Position numbers and translations under genes: made by a program. This document shows positions 48,243 through 64,000 of a stretch of 64,000 nucleotides of DNA, in pieces. Numbering within the stretch: the first letter of the stretch is position 1; the number at the start of each line of letters is the position of its first letter. The stretch is from Vitrella brassicaformis CCMP3155 (lineage: Eukaryota > Protista > Chromerida). The notes below the pieces were generated by a model. The model worked only from the letters and a program-made list of their open reading frames with translations. It searched no databases and was not told the DNA's origin. The stretch is taken from contig CDMY01000214.1 in assembly GCA_001179505.1 (NCBI GenBank), positions 101,961-165,960 on the forward strand. Direction: 5' to 3'.

Positions 48243-48600
48243 ATCTTGCAATGCACATGTGTGTGTCTGTGGTTCTGAGTGTGCGTACGTGCATGCGAAG
48301 CCACTCGACGATTCTCTCCTCCCTCTCGCGTGCCGCCTTTGCGCTTCGCATCTTTATCCGCCGATAAACCTGCAAACCAGTCAGTTACAGAACAAGAGTG
48401 AGGAGGGCCGCCTCCTGATGTGCTCCCTGGGTGACTCACGTGATAGAAGAGGAGCACTGCGGCAGCGAGCAGAGAGGCGAGAAGCACAGCCACGCCCCGC
48501 CAGAGGGCCATTTGCTCGTGAAGCGTGTGTACCTTAGTCGTGATTTTGTCCGCGAGATGCTCAAACCGCACAACAGCTGCATCCATCTTGGTACGTACCC
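47998..48600 (-). CDS. Small hypothetical coiled-coil protein with one predicted TM helix
   Basis: Exon-like blocks read MDAAVVRFEHLADKITTKVHTLHEQMALWRGVAVLLASLLAAAVLLFYH|..|..LAQDIARKREMADIHERQAATDEAISELREQQAALSLQQQ. Confidence 0.45.
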
Positions 48601-48791
48601 TCAACAGATACGTACACCTTCCTTTGCCTCTTCGCCTCTCGGTGCTGCAATTGCGAGCTTGAAGGTCGGCTAAGCTCGCAGACGTCAGCGCAGGATGAAG
48701 GACAGAGCAGGGCAGCATATCTGTCAGTGACGAGATCAGCAATTGAATTAAGACAAGGGCTCGTTCGGCGGAGGAAGCAAGTCAGTCAGTC

Positions 48792-50028
48792 ATGACGCTC
48801 CGAAGCAGCATCTTCCGGGGGTGAGTGAAAGAGAGGACACGCTCACGGACAAACAGACACGAAGACAGACAGATCTGATGATTCCGACGGCTGACAGAGA
48901 GAGAGACCACGCCCCGTCATCCCATCTGTCTGTCTCTCTGTCTGCCTGTGTTGATGGAATGAATGGCGTGCAGCATGCAGGTGATGGAGCTGGAGAGCGG
49001 CAGTGCCGTCGAGGCAACCACCATATGGGCAGACAAGAAAGTCCTCCTGCTGCTCGTCAGGTCATGACACCAGATGAAAGAGGAGCTCACAGACACATGG
49101 CTTGATGCAAAGATGAACACGTGTGTGTGATGTGACTCATGCAGGCGGTTCGGGTGTGTGTTTTGCCAGCACCAGACATCGTTGGTGCTGAGGGAGGAGG
49201 AGGTGCTCAAACGACACAACTACCACATCGTCGCTGTGGGCAAGTGAGTGGATGGATTCGCGTGCAGACGGACACACCAACACCGATGTGTGTGTGTGTG
49301 TGTGTGTGCAGTGGTACCCCTGACCAGGCCAGGAAGTTCAAGGATGCGCTGACATTCACCCACCCCATCTACATTGACAGCGACTCACAAATGTATGTGT
49401 GTGTGTGTGTGTATGTATGCGCAATGACACACTCACAGGACAGATGTGTGTGGCGTATGTCTGTTGTGTGCAGGTTCAAGGCTCTGTCGATGCCGCGTTG
49501 GTCGTTCTGGTACATCCTTCGGACGTTCTTCATGTCATCCACCAACTTCTCTATCGGTACGTCGCTGCACAAAAAGACGGGCACACGCCCTCAGAAATCA
49601 TCGACGTTGGTGGTGTGCATGTGTGCGTGCAGGAAGGGGTCTGATGAAGGACTACCCGAATGCCAATCTGGAGGGCGATGGGTATCAAAGCGGCGGAATC
49701 ATCGAACTCGAACCTGGTATGAGGGCTCATGGACCACCAGCACACACGCATGCGCGTATCGGTATGAGAATGTGTGTATGGGTGCTGTGCTGCAGGTGAG
49801 TCAGCCATCAATGTCGTCCACCGAGAGGCCGAGAAGATACAGGAGGGACAGTTCTGCGAACCCACCACCGTACGCGCACGCACTCGTAATGGGATCTGTC
49901 TGTGTGCGTGTCGATGTCTGTGTGTGTGGCTGCAGTTGTTGGAAAAGCTTGGCATCGATGTGGGTGAGAGCGTGTCGGCAAAGCAAGAGGGGGAGCTCCC
50001 CACAGCCCCCGACAAATGCACCACATAG
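48792..50028 (+). CDS. Peroxiredoxin-like 2 / AhpC-TSA_2 (FAM213-type) thioredoxin-fold protein
   Basis: Spliced reading IWADKKVLLLLVR|RFGCVFCQ..IVAVG|NGTPDQA..PIYID..EGDGYQSGGII..HRE contains the family R.FGCxxC motif and the GD..Q.GG motif. Confidence 0.85.
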
Positions 50029-50440
50029 CCTAGTTGTGTGTGTGTCAGTGAGCCGCGTGTGTGGGGGTGTGTGTGGGTGCACTGCACCGTCTTTACATGT
50101 GAGTGTCTGTATGGTATGTGTTGTTTATTGCGTGTTTTGACTGACTAGTGGGTCCGGTGGCTGTGCTGTCTGTATTCCAAAGGAAAGAAGGAAAGGAAGA
50201 CGAGCCATTTCGCATGCAGCCAACCAGCTTCTTTTTGCGGATACACATAGTCAGACAGACCCGTGAAGATAGTACGACGATTCTCCCTAGTTGCGATGAC
50301 AAACGGCTGACCCGATGCTCCTTGACCTGACTGACGTCGACTCAACATGAACCAGCACGGTTCTTGCGCGATGCCACCCTGCTTGCGGTGTGCTTGACTT
50401 AATGCCGCTCTCACGCCTGAAGGGTTCGGTACCCTAGACC

Positions 50441-50460
50441 CGAAACCCTAAACCCTCGCC
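50441..50460. promoter_or_regulatory. Telomere-like (telo-box) motif aaaccctaaaccct upstream of PDC
   Basis: gaaaccctaaaccctcg is seen directly; any function is unproven. Confidence 0.3.
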
Positions 50461-50890
50461 TCAAGCTCTGTCCTAGCTCGCATTTTCGCGAAGGAGTCTC
50501 GTGAGAAAAAGAGGTCAGCATCCTCCCCCAGCAAGCAGACACAAGACAGAGCTGAAGATCTGACCATCTGTGAAAAAGTGCGTCCCATGTGCGTGTGGTC
50601 GGTAGGCTGTGTTTCCGTTGCCTCTCTCTCCAGTCTCTGCTGAAGGACAGAGATCTGCCCCGGTAGGCAGGTGGAGACAGACAGCCACACGGCCACACAG
50701 AGAGAGGCAGCCCGGCTCACAATGCGCATGATAAATTGCTCCTTTGAGTGTGTGCCTCCAGGTGTCTTACTGACTGACAGGCAATCACAACAGCCCATCC
50801 CATCGACACACACGCACACTCCCGCACAAGGTGCCTTGTTTCTCTTTTGCTTGACAGATCGTTGCCAGCTGCCACACCGTTCGTTCCATC

Positions 50891-54072
<3,182 letters not shown>

Positions 54073-54569
54073 CGAGATGGATAGACATATGGAAACAGAC
54101 CGACACAGACAGACAGACATGCGTACAGAGAGACACACATATGGGTCGCCGTGACTGTGCGTGCGTCTTTTTGCCGCCCCTCAAGGCATCTATCTTTTCG
54201 CAGTGAGTGCTGATGTGTGTGTGAGATGTGTGATGTGTGTGTAGATGTACGTATGTGAGCGAATGAGGGTGGGTATGGTGTGTACGCCATGCACACGTTT
54301 ATCTGGCGTGTGCGCAAGGCCTCTTTTTGCAGCTGTGTACGTGAGGGTGTGGGTGACTGTGGGTGTGTGTTTTTTTTGGTACCTACCTACTTGAGGGTGA
54401 CGTGTAGGCAGTTTCTCAATTCAGAAATCGAAACAAACAGACATGCGCGTGTGCGTCGCGAAATTGAGACGAGAGAATATTTGCCGTACAGTACGGAAGA
54501 GAAAGTTTGCGTGAGAGAAAGTTTGTGTGTGTGAGAGTGGTTTGTTATGCACTCTTCTGCATGATGCAT

Positions 54570-54640
54570 GATTTGATCGAGTGGATTGGGGTTTAGGGTG
54601 GATTGGGGTTTTGATCGAGTGGATTGGGGTTTTTAGTGCC
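54570..54640. repeat. Short tandem repeat (tgatcgagtggattggggttt) x2 with an internal tttaggg
   Basis: Read directly in the intergenic region. Confidence 0.7.
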
Positions 54641-55648
54641 AATTGGTCAGTCTGGAGATATCGGTTGAGTCGTAGGAATGATGATGGTGATGTGAGTGTA
54701 GGTAGAGTGAGAGTTGAGAAGTTGTAGATGATTTTGTAGCAGGCAGCCAGGCAGACGTACAAACACAATCAGAGGTGGTGTCGGTCGTTCGTCAAAACAC
54801 GCATCACATCAATCATTCGTCACCTTGACAGACATTTGTTTGCCGCAGGCGTACTGCGACAATCATCACTGGCGCAATTGGGTCATGTGAGGCCACAAAA
54901 GCGATGGGATACAGAAAAGCCCTAAGCTCGCCTTCATGACCCATATATCACATATATGTAGCATCACAGCGCGCGATGCTCAGCTTCTATCTGTGTAGAG
55001 GTCTCTGCTCACATGCATTCAGACGCACCAGGCACCGAAGCCAGGCAGCCCGAAGAAGTCAGGTGGAGGAATGAATGGCTATGTAATATTACGCATGTGT
55101 CTCGACCATCGTACGTATATGTACATACACATGCGGAAAAACGACAGCCACTGATGGTGCATTCACCGACACAGAGACGCCCATATGCATATGAAGGATC
55201 ATACGATTGGTCCAATGTATGTATGTATGTATGTACACATCGATACAGTACGCACCAACAGCAGACACGTGGTCCCTCCATAACTAGGCAGCAAAGCAGC
55301 GATGGATACATAAAAGCCCTCTCTTCTTCATGGCACACACACATTACAACAAAATTCGCAGACGCACTGGTCACCCCCTCCCCATGATAGCGTCGGTCGG
55401 TGGCACACGCACTCAGACAGCGAGGCAGCTAGTCGACATAGAGAAGGAAACGTACACAATGCAATGCATCGAGGGGTCAAAAGGCCATAAAGGCTGCCTC
55501 TGAGGGACACGGACACACAGCAACAAAACTCTTGAACTGGCCCCCTCCCCCTGCCGTCTCTCTGCCATGATATCCTGCCGGCCGTCAGCACACGCATTCG
55601 ACCGCACCACAGCCCCACCACCAGCACCCACAGTGGGTCGATCTGTCG

Positions 55649-58600
55649 TCACGAGAATATGGCAGGGTTCCAGCCGGTGAAGGCCTGCCGACACAGGGGG
55701 CACTGGCGAGGCTGCATGGTCTGTGCGCATTGCAGGCAGATGCAGAAGTGGTTGCACGGCCGCAGCACCACTGACCTCTCCCTCTCCTGGCAGATTTGGC
55801 AGTCGGTACGCTCCTCCATCTGGCGCTGCATCTCCTGCTGCATCTCTTGCCGCAGCTCGGTCTCCCGCCTCTGCTGGGCGGCCTGCTGAGCCCGCCGCTC
55901 GAGTGACTGCAGCTGGGGCAGCTCTGATGTAGTGAGTGCCGTCTGGCGGTCCGCCAGCTGCATGGCAAAGCCACTGAACTCATCAGCAGTGGTCAGTTGG
56001 CCAAATCTCTCGGTCAACCTGAATGACACACATCACCACATGAAAGGGCATACACTGGTGTCGCCCGCCTCTGTCTGAGTGGGTGCTGACCTGTCGATTT
56101 GGCTGCTCCGCAGCTGATCTATGTCGGCCTGCAGCCCACGATTGGCCTCGCCAACACTGACAGACACAAAGAGAGATGAACATCATGGCGTCTTGTCAAA
56201 GTGTGCGTCGGCCGCCTGTCGTGTGTGCACCTGGCATTCTCCTCTCTGAGCGATGTGACCTCCTGTCTGAGCGACTCCTCCCTCTCGGCAGCAGCCCTGA
56301 TAGGTAACGAGTGAGTCCGATTCATTGTATTGTGATGGGTGAGAGTGCTGTTTGGCTGACTGACCTCTTGTGTCTGTCAAGGTGATGTTGCAGCTGCCCC
56401 ATCTCGGCCGCCTGCTGCTGCCGGAGAGACCTCTCGCGATCGATGTCACTGAACACACGGACACACACAGACGGTGAGGCGCTGCGTAGGCCCTGTGTAT
56501 GTGGATACCTGGTGAGCCGCTGGTGCTGTTGACTGAGCTGCTGGCGGTGGGCCTCATTGGCTTGACGCATATCGGCCTGGAGCCGCTCGTTGGCCGCCAG
56601 AGTGGCGGCAACGGTCTGCTCGCCCGCCATCTGAGCCTCACGGAACCTGCACAAACATAAGAGCACAAGGATGGACAGCTGCCAACCGTACTCGATGCGG
56701 TGATATGGTGATGCATGCTGTACCGTTCGATCTCCTGACGGGCGGCGAGGGTCTCCTGCTGGGCAGCATGAAGCTGCTGCTGAAACGCCGCCTCCATCTC
56801 CATCGACTCACGCCTGTAGTCAGGCACCACAACCACGGTGGTGAGTCCCTCCCCCCTTCGCTCTTTTTCTCTCACCTCGTCGCCTCGATCTGCCAGTCTC
56901 TGCGCATCAACTCAGCCTCGAGCACCGCAACCCTGACAAGACCAGACACACCATCACTGTGTGACCACACCCCATCAACCGCCTCACCTGGCCCGCATCG
57001 CCTCGGTCTCCTCTCCACCACTCACACACCCATCGTCACGGTTCCCCGCCCTTCCATCGGTCTCTCCAGCACCCTCGCCAGCCAGGCCATCCCCACCGCC
57101 ACCATCCTCACTCACAGCACCAACAGACAGCAGGTCGTCAGAGTCACACCCGATGTCGGGCAGCGGGGGCATGCAAGGAGCCACCGACAGATGCTGCAGT
57201 GACTCCTGGGCAGCACTCGTGGCCGCAGCACCACCAGCTGCGACAGCTGGGCCATAGAGGGGGCTGCTCGACGGCTCACTGTCCAAGTACTCGAGACCAC
57301 CATCTACCTCTCCCTCTCCATCACGCACAGATGGGCTGCCGTCTGCCGCAATGGATGGCACTGCTGCGGCCAATGGGGGAGGGCCAGACGCTGCAACAGG
57401 GGCGGCCGGGGGTCTTTTGGTCTTGGGTCGTTTTTTCTTCTTGGCCTTCTTGCCGCCCTCGCCATGCTGCTGCTGCCCACCTTCGCCCTGCCGCTGCTGG
57501 TCCTCACTCTCGTCGGACACCTGCTCGCCGATGGACCGCAGAAGGTCCTTCTCGTTCCTGCGCGCCGCCGCCTCCTCAGCGGCCATCTTAGCACTGACGG
57601 CCTCGTCGGGCTCCTTGTCGGCTTGGCGCTTCATGCGCCGCTCCTTCTTGGCCTTGAGCTTCTTTCTGCTCTCGAGCTTCTCACGCAGCTCCTCGCGCAC
57701 GACGTCACAGCGGCTCTTGGGCTGGTCCTCGACCGCAGGACGCTCGCCGGTAACCATCCTCTGAAGTTCGTCTGATCCAAAGGCGGAGCTGAATATATGG
57801 GAGTTTTGTGTGCGTCTGGTGCTGCACTTCGTACCGATCTCTCTGAGCACTTCTGCCCTTGCCGCGGTGTTCTTGTTGATTTGCTCGGCGAGGGTGGCGA
57901 TCCTGTTGTCAAGGCTGTTCGTGTCGATGCCCTTCCTGCCGGCCTTGGACAGAGCGGCCTTGTCCGTCTGCACCTGGGCCTCGAGGTCGTCGAGCTTGGT
58001 CTGCAGCGTCGCCAGCAGGTTCTCGATCACCTGGAGCCGCTTCTGCTTCTCAAACAAAGCCTGAATGATAAGCGCACAGTAGTCGGCAACAGACGATCCG
58101 CAGCGTATGATCTCGTGTACCGCTAGATGCACAGTCCCCTTCTCCTGGCCCAGCCTGACGGCCTCTAACCACAACACAACGAAGGAGATGACACATGTGC
58201 GTGATGGTGCCATTTCCCCCTTCTCAGCTCACTTACCAGTGAGGGCGGTGCGCGCTGCGTCGACATCCTCTTGAGTGATGTTGTTGATGGCAGGAACGTC
58301 CTTGAGAGCCTCGAGCTCCCTCACGCAGTCGCGGTACATAGCCAGGTCAGCCACCGTCACAGAGAAGGGGTTTCGGAAGCCAAATGCCGAATCGGCGCCG
58401 CGATTCTTGTGTGATAGGCTTTCGAAATACAGCAGCAGCAATGAAGGCCCCTTGCTGGCGACTGTCTGCGCCCATACGAGAGGGCTGATTGGGTCGTAGG
58501 ACAGCACAAGGGCACGGCACAGGCTCCGGCGGATAGGTGTCAGCGGCCAACCGACGGAATCCAGGGCTGACAGACGCGCCGGAACTGTCGACCGACGGAA

Positions 58601-61600
58601 CGCAGAAAAAGGGGACCACACACACAGAGGTGGTGAGGGGAAAGGTGCTTCGGCTGCTTACATGTGTCGATCACCGAACGCCGGAACTTGTATTGCTTGT
58701 TCATATCCTCGATCACCTGAAGATGCTTGTCAGGAAACGACATGCGAGATGTGCTGGCATCGGCAAGAGGAACGTCTAAACGGGAGTCACAGGCAGAACA
58801 ACACAACATAACTGCACGGATATCCCCCCTGCCTCTTGCATATACTTACCTCTGAGGTCCAGCAGGAATGGTGGGCTGCTCCTGAGCTCCTTTTCCTCGG
58901 CCTGCAGCCCCTCCTCCCTCCTCTCCCGTGCCGCCCTCCGTCGGTCCCCCTCAGCTGCGTCAGCCGCCGGGGGCAGGCGGGCGTCATCCGCCGCCCACTG
59001 ACGGTCCTTGACACTACGTGCGGCTCGGAGCTCACTCTCACGCTCATCGTGGGCCCTGGTGACGGCGCCATGCACCAATGACGCAAAGTCGCCACTCGAC
59101 AGGAACTGCTGGCTGATGAGCTTGCTCAGCGGCTCAGATGCTGCCGAATGAGCACATGGAGCAGATTCATGTACGCGACGCTTGCTTGGTGGCTTCACGT
59201 ACATGAGAGACAGAGGCGCTCGAGTGTGAGGTCCTTCAATGCGAATCGGAGGAAGGGCTCAATGGCGTTTGCGGTGGCAAGCAGATAGAGTTGCCTGAAG
59301 GGATGCAGTCAGCGACATACACACTCGCAGACACACGGGGGTATGTAGCCTACTTGAGAGTGCGTCGATTGGGGTTGGTCTTCAGGCCAGCCGTCGCGGC
59401 GGACATGACTGTATCCTTAACGACGGGCAGTGACAGCCCGGCAACCGAGCAGAAAGACAGAGAGAGCCACTTGCACGCGATGGTGCCGAAGAGTCGCTCC
59501 ATCGAACCCTGCGGACAAGTGAGATGCCAACAGGGGAGGGTATCAGCAAGGCTGTCTAAGTGTGGTTAGTGCTTTCCAGACCTGCAGTTCGTCGTATCAA
59601 TCAGTTTCGCCCTCAGACTTGGTCAAGACCATATTGGACAGATTCAGAGACTCGAGAGACCTACCATAGAGGCCCTGCAGGCGATACGACACACACAGGC
59701 CCTAATCAATAAGATGGAATCTGTTTTTTTTTTTTTCCTCGACGCACCTCGAGCAAGTTCAGAGAAGAAGTGAACGACATACGACATAGAGAGATTGTCA
59801 TCCTTCTGCACACACCCAACGGCCTCAGTAAATGCTTTGTTGTCTCATTCCCTGTCCTGCGCCCATACCTGAGTGTCGTGAAGGGCCTTTCTTTCTTGTC
59901 GTCCCCCGTGTCGGCCGTCTGCCCCGCCTCGGTCGTCGCGTGTCTCTCCTCCTTTGAGCCAGCCGGCACGGCAGCGGATGATGTGCTGTGGGTGCGGGTG
60001 ACGTCACGCGATGATGGCGGCGGCGAAGAGGCACTCTCGCTGCTGCTGTCGCCCTTGCCGTCTTCTTCTGGCTGGGCCTTGAGCAGAGCACTCAACCGGT
60101 CGATGAAGGCACGGCTCAGGTCTTCGTCTTCCAGGTGGAGAGTGGCAAGTGAGGGCACGCGGCCGATGGCGTCGGCAAGTTGGGCGCACTCGTCATCAGG
60201 CAACTGAGTCAAATCCAAACCTGCGGCACACACACCTTGACAGTCAGCGGCAAGTCCGCGTTCTCTTTCGACCACCTTACACATCAGTTGGAGCGTCATG
60301 AGTCTGTCGGCCCTCTGAAGGAAGTCGATGAGGTCGCTGATGTCATCGGCGGTCGGTGAGCACTCGCAGCGGATCGACAGCTCCAACATCGTGTCGGGTG
60401 AATACCTGACAGCAAGAGTGAAGCCGTGAACATGAGTGAATTGCTGCCCGTCATCTCTTTACATCAACCTACCTGGCCAATGCCGCCACCAGCCGATTCT
60501 GCTTGCTCACTGAGATCGATGCAAATGGCGCCAGCAGCTCGCGATTGGCATACGATGAGATGCGGTCAGTCGAACAGACGGGACACAGCCTAAACCCAGG
60601 CAGCACGAAGTGGCCATGGAGTGCAGATGGGTCTGTCTGTGTGTGAATGACTGTTTACGCGTCTAGCAGACTTCGACATGAGAGCGCCAGCATAGCGATG
60701 TGTGCGGCAGTGAAATGCAACGGCCCAACAAGCTGGTAGATGGTGTGGAGGACTCTCTTGTCCGACAAACACCGCACCAGCCGATTCTGATGGACACACA
60801 GCACAGACGTAAGGGGTCGGTCACACGTGGTCGCTCTCTCTACCCACCTGCTTGTTCTCCTGTCGTGCAGCCTCTCTGTGGGGGTCGTGCTGCGATGAGA
60901 CCCACCGATCGATCGCCTCCTACATAGATCACACACACACACACACACACAGTGGCAAGCGGTGATCGATCGGTCCACATGGGAGTACAGTATAGCAGAC
61001 CTTGCGGCGGCGGTACTTGGCGAAGAAATCAAAAACCTGCAGCCGTGAGTGCAGGTGCACAGACCTGTGGGCTGCGTGTTGTTGGTACTTCATTTACCAT
61101 CTGTATGAGGCTGTTTTGTGAGGCCGCCGTGGGGGGCCCGGAAAGGGCAGAGATGTCCACCTGCACACGAAGGGCGTCACACACAAGCAGACGAACACAG
61201 GTGACCGCGGATTTGGTGATCGTTTGACCTTACGGACCTGCAGAATCCGTTCGACGATCGGATTGTCTTTGCTCTTGCCGCTCGTCACCTGCCGATCCCA
61301 ATAACTGCACAAATGAAGACAATTCGCTCGAGGCGCTCAAGACAAGACGGACAGACGCACCTGGCGAGGCTGTCCAGAACGCCCATCACGATGCTGACGG
61401 TGCTGCCATCGGGGGCGGCGGATGCGAGACGTGCGGTGTCTCGTGCCACGAACTCCGACAGCTGGGACCACATGAGCTCAGCCAGGCCCTCACACGAAGC
61501 ATACTGAAGACAAATGTAGACAGGAGTACTGAGTTTCCAGACAAACATGTCGCACACATTGATGTGTTGGCTGACTGACCGTCTCTCTATCGATACACAG

Positions 61601-63551
61601 ATTAATCAGATAGATGAATTTCGATACGACAGACAGGTAGAGAGATCGTTCATGGCCTGCATCCTTGATCAGTCTGTCGCTCTGCAGGATGCTCATAGCC
61701 GCCGAAAGGAAGCCCGCCTGCGCAACACGCTCGCAGTAGCCACATTCTGAGGGAACACAGACGCACACAAGACATCAATAAGCGGCGTGGACCATGCACC
61801 ATTACTCACCAGCCATTGGTATTGGCACACTCAGATAGAGATTCAGTTTGGCCATCTTGCCCATGGCAGCGGGGCTCGCTGACACACTACGGCATATGGG
61901 CACCAGCACACCTGGATCCACACACACCCACACACGCTCATACAGCGGCGTGACGAATCGACGAGCCCTCTTAGCATCCACGTGTCCCCCCACCTAGCTC
62001 AGAGGGGAAGCGGCGGGCGTCTCTGAAGATGATGCCTATCAGCTTGTATGTCCTCCACACAATCACCTGATCACTGCTGGTGACCAGTGTCTCGACGAGC
62101 GCATCGACGTGGCAGAAGATGTGCTGCTGAAACGCGCTCAGAACCTCAGCCGTCTCTGAGCGATGCACCAAAGGCACACAGATACGTGGAAAGATGACAG
62201 CCACATTTGCCGGTTCACCACATGATCACCTGGAATGCTCTTGCTGAGCAACACAGCGGCCACCCAGACATGGTCTGGTAGTGTCCGCCTCCCCAACACT
62301 GCGTCCACCAAGACACCAAACAGCGGCAGCCACTCCACACCAAAGGGATACCCAGCCTTACAAAGCCGTTTGAGGAAAGAGGCTGCCGCAGACTGATGTG
62401 ATTGGTTGCTGCCGTCATTGAAAATGGCAACAATACAGCCGGCGAGGCCTCCCTGACCCTGCTGTCGATGCGCCTCGTCCGTCTTGGCCAGCAAGCCCAC
62501 CAGTCGCTTGACTGATGGATCGTCGTCGGGCAGGCGGGGCATTGATGCGAGTTTCTCCACATGGCTTACGAAGAGTCCGATGTCACCAGCCAGCAGAGCA
62601 TCAGCAGCGAGGGATATAACCGCAGCAGCATCAGAGGCCGACTTCTGGCCCTGCCGCACGTTGGCCGTGTCTTGTTGGTCGGGTGTGATCGGGGAGGGGG
62701 TGGAGAAAGGGGATGGGCGAGAGGGACTCGCTGGCTGCCGATCTGCTGATGCCGCTGCTGCGGCCACTAGCGATGGGTCGATCATGGAGCTGGTGGGGTG
62801 GACGACGGCCTGCTGCTGCTGGGCGCATACGGACATGTCGAAAGCAGTGGAGGGCTGACGGCTGCCGTCCTGACAATCACAGCCACACATCACACACATA
62901 TGCACACATGTGGGCATGCACCTCCCTCGTGTCTGCCTGTCTGTCTGTCTGTCTGTGCATGTGTGTGTGTGTCCGTACCGATGTGGCGTCCACAGTGATG
63001 TCACCCTCTCCGGACCCACCGCCGTGCCCCGCCCCTCCCACCAGCGTCGAGCCCCCTTCCATCTGCTGTACGGGGACGCCGCCCACAACTGATGTGTCGG
63101 CTGCTGGTGAGGGGATGGGAATGAGCATGGACTGATCTCGCTGGACGGATGGCTGCGGTTGCTGCTGATTCTGCTGTGTGTCGATGGCCTCACTAGGGAT
63201 CGGCGGACGCTGGATGCCGACGGGGGGTGGGGAGCCCGAGGGCAGTTTCTCCAGCAGTTGTTGAGAGTCAGCTTTGTTGCTGTCAGTCGCAGGTTTGCGC
63301 TCTCTGTGGGGAGATGCTGGTAGCGGGGCAGACGACGCAATCTCTGTGCGGTCACCAGGGCCGCTCCCATACGACTCATCGCCAGGCCTCACACTCCCAC
63401 CAGATCCCTCCTCTGCCGGGTTGCCACTCATATACACGTGCTGCTGCTGTGGTTGCTCCTGCTGGCTGGGATCTCCTCTGTTGTCGGGGCTGTTGCTGTC
63501 TGCCGTCGGGCTGTCGGCGAAGAGCTCCTCGGAGTTGGTTTCCGTGGACAT
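55649..63551 (-). CDS. Large multi-exon protein: disordered N-terminus, helical ARM/HEAT-like region, LRR-like region, long coiled coil and C-terminal C3HC4 RING (putative E3 ligase); may be two genes
   Basis: RING CQICQERERSVVLRPCNHFCICLQCAQ..CPLCR (55649-55810). LRR-like segments LDLTQL..LATLHL, SLESLNLSN and LERLCLS (59200-60250). Exon phases link ~59510 through ORFs 58776, 58540, 58229 and 56984 into the coiled-coil exons. A TGA at 59597-59599 lies either in an exon or in an intron, depending on which donor is used. Confidence 0.65.
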
Positions 63552-64000
63552 GAGCGCTCAGGCGGCTATCTATCTGCATCAGTCAAAGCCAAAACAGACA
63601 CCACATGGACACAAAAGGTGCACGATGAACCGGCGCTTCCCAGACGCTGTCACTCACTGTGAATCAATTGTCGTGAAGCAAAGCAGAAGATCTGTCCACG
63701 GGCACCGACCGGGGATGTAACGCCATCTCGGCTCGCACAATGCGAGGTTTGCCTCCCTCTGATTCGATGGCGGCTCGAGCTTTGTCGGAAGAGGCCTCCT
63801 AGGTGGTGATGTGACTCAAACAGCCAGGATCCGCCTGTTTGATTGATTCCTTCTGTGTTGTTTGTGTGCAGAGTGTTTGGTGCAGAGGGATGACGCGCAT
63901 GACATTGTGATGGTCAACAGAGGCAATAACTACTTCTGCACTGACGGTGCGGGCGGGATGGATGAATCAGATGAAAGGAATGAGGAATTGACGCTTGACG

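Overview
This is a eukaryotic, GC-rich, intron-dense genomic window. It is most likely from the chromerid alga Vitrella brassicaformis; that is an inference from apicomplexan-like FEN1 and cap-methyltransferase motifs, bipartite plastid-type presequences, and short introns full of (CA)n/(GT)n/(GACA)n/(GGAT)n repeats. Most of the supplied ORF track is intron or antisense noise, so I rebuilt gene models by hand from GT/GC-AG junctions and exon phase. The left part (1-23.5 kb) is a rearranged, duplication-rich zone. It holds a decayed AAA-ATPase fragment, an atypical kinase, a FEN1-like gene with a catalytic Asp-to-Ser change fused to a long unrelated tail, a truncated duplicate of that tail, GST-like (Arc1p/tRIP-type) exons, and an array of degenerate copies of an unrecognised 'IAGYILYSD' domain. 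The right part (23.7-64 kb) holds ordinary-looking intact genes, often head-to-head: a condensation-fold acyltransferase, a TLDc protein, an mRNA cap N7-methyltransferase with an apparently inactive Cet1-like triphosphatase N-domain, a CAMK-type kinase, tandem coilin-N-like domains, DPH4, a plastid-type ABC-F with a very long low-complexity insert, a PRXL2-like redoxin, pyruvate decarboxylase, and a large helical/LRR/coiled-coil/RING gene. The strongest leads are the pseudo-triphosphatase:cap-methyltransferase fusion, the FEN1 pseudo-nuclease chimera, and a recurring 5'-(CA)n...(UG)n-3' polarity in introns that could pair to bridge splice sites. I recognised no tRNA, rRNA, CRISPR array or intact transposase. 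All family assignments come from motif recognition by eye, with no database search.
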